Assembly: GCA_977017645.1 (NCBI GenBank)
Contig: OZ360231.1
Span: 54,064,001-54,128,000 of the forward strand
Direction: 5' to 3'
DNA length: 64,000 nt
From: Torpedo marmorata
Lineage: Eukaryota
Position 1 is the first letter of the stretch. Every line of letters begins with the position of its first letter. The position numbers were made by a program, and so were the translations under genes. This document shows, piece by piece, positions 62,043-64,000 of this stretch. The notes beneath the pieces are model-generated. The model saw nothing but the letters and a program-made list of their open reading frames with translations, searched no databases and was not told the origin of the DNA.

Positions 62043-63607
62043 GCGGGTTCTGAGGGAAATGGCAGAAGTCATAGTCGATGCATTGGTCGTCATATACCAA
62101 AATTCTCTGGATTCTGGGCAGGTTCCAGCAGATTGGAAGACAGCAAATGTCACACCACTTTTTAAGAAGGGATGTAGGCAGAAGACTGGGAACTATCGAC
62201 CAATTAGCTTAATGTCTGTAGTTGGGAAAATGCTTGAAGATGTCATTAAGAATGAAATAGTGAGACATTTAGAATGAAGAGGTTCAATCAGACAGACGCA
62301 GCATGGGTTTAGGAAGGGCAGATCTTGTTTGACAAACTTTTTAAGAGTTCTTTGAGGACATAATGGGAGCGGTAGATAGAGGGGAACAGGTTGATATTGT
62401 ATATTTGGATTTCCATAAAGCGTTTGATACGGTGCCGCACAAGAGACTTATCAGTAAGTTACAGGTGAGTGGAGTCCAGGGAAGTATATTGGCATGGATT
62501 GAGGAGTGGTTGTCTGACAGGAGGCAGAGAGTCGGGATAAATGGGTGTTTTTCTGTTTGGCAGACAGTGGTAAGTGGGGTGCCGCAAGGGTCGGTCCTGG
62601 GCCCATAAATGTTCATCATTTACATTGATGATTTGGAGGAGGGGACAAAATGTGGTGTAGCCAAGTTTGCGGATGATACTAAATTGAGTGAAAGAGCAAA
62701 TTGTACTGAGGATGTGGAGAGGCTGCAGAGGGATATAGTTAAGTTAGGTGAGTGGGCAAAGGTCTGGCAGATGGAGTACAATATTAGTAAGTGCGAGGTT
62801 ATCCACTTTGGCAAGAAAAATAAAAGAGCAGAGTATTATTTAAATGGTGAAAAACTGCAACATGCTGTTGTGCAGAAGGACTTGGGAGTGCTTGTGCACG
62901 AATCGCAAAAAGTTGGGTTGCAGGTGCAGCAGGTTATTAAGAAGGCAAATGGAATGTTGGCCTTCATCGCTAGAGGAATTGAATTCAGGAGCAAGGAGGT
63001 AATGTTGCAACTGTACAAGGTACTGGTGAGACCGCACCTGGAGTACTGTGTGCAGTTCTGGTCTCCATATTTGAGGAAGGATATACTGGCCTTGGAGGCA
63101 GTCCAGAGGAGGTTTACTTGGTTGATCCCTGAGATGAAGGGGTTGACTTATGATGAAAGATTAAATTGTCTGCGATTATACTCACTCGAGTTCAGAAGAA
63201 TGAGAGGAGATCTTATAGAAACATATAGAATTATGAAGGGGATGGATAGGATAGAGGTAGAAAGGTTTTTTTCTCTGGCAGGTGAGACCAAAACTAGGGG
63301 ACACAGCCTCAAGATTCGGGGGAGAAGATTTAGGACAGAGATGAGGAAAAATAGTTTTTCCCAAAGAGTGGTGAATTTGTGGAATTCTTTACCCAGGGAA
63401 GCAGTTGAGGCTGCTTCATTGAACATATTTAACATTCAGTTGGATAGATTTTTACATAAAAAAGGAATTAGGGGAGGGGATATGGGGAAAGGGCAGGTAG
63501 GTGGAGTTAGGTCATTGATCAGATCAGCCATGATCTTATTGAATGGCGGAGCAGGCTCGATGGGCCGGTTGGCCTACTCCTGTTTTACTTTCTTATGTTC
63601 TTATGTA
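62043..63607 (+). mobile_element. CR1 LINE, 5'-truncated
   Basis: ORFs 62059..62277, 62363..62608, 62609..63622 (FADD, RPHLEYC); (TTCTTATG)n tail. Confidence 0.93.
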
Positions 63608-63698
63608 ACACAGAATTCATAAGTCACTGGCAGAAGGATTGTAAAGGTACAGAATCGATCCATCATATCTTTCTAGAATTGTGAGATATTTTTAATTA

Positions 63699-64000
63699 CC
63701 GTATATTTCGGTGTATAAGTCGAGTCTTGAAACCCTCAAAAACCACTCAAAAATCAGGGTTCGACTTATACGCCAGATACAAAAATGAGACAAATTCAAT
63801 TCAAAAAAACCGCTCGACGTAGATTCGGCGTTTAAGACGACCCGAAACACCAAAAAAAAACCAACCTACAACAAATTTTCAAGTTACCAGTATATTAGAA
63901 AGAAATTGCTGGATTTCTTGGCCACTTCTATTACTTTTAACTTAAAACTCGCTTCATACTTTCGTCATTTTGCTGGAGGCTCCATGATAACAACCACCTT
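63699..64000 (-). mobile_element. Internally deleted copy of the pogo element, running off the window
   Basis: TIR CCGTATATTTCGGTGTATAAGTCGA after TA; right-end sequence joins the reverse complement of the transposase start (compare 48465-48530). Confidence 0.82.

Overview
Vertebrate nuclear DNA, most likely a cartilaginous fish (inferred from its CR1, Rex1/Babar, V-SINE and Penelope repeat complement). The backbone is the internal part of the host gene CIP2A (KIAA1524) on the minus strand. Twelve exons (59780 to 4518, 1583 coding nt) splice in frame, and the gene's start and end lie outside the window. One intron (47954-50609) is a U12-type AT-AC minor-spliceosome intron that carries a pogo DNA transposon. 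The introns are packed with nested mobile elements: a Ty3/Gypsy provirus containing a Gmr1-like provirus (PR-INT-RT-RH order) that itself contains an L1 tail; a solo LTR of the Gmr1 family inside a CR1; a BEL/Pao provirus with a SAP-like gag N-terminus, interrupted by two Rex1 copies and a V-SINE; a fold-back Tc1 derivative; several L1, CR1, Rex1 and Penelope fragments; and a CpG-rich non-coding retroposon with a Rex1-like tail. I found no clearly new multi-gene system. All assignments come from reading the sequence and recalled family motifs, with no database searches, and boundaries lacking TSDs, TIRs or splice sites are approximate.
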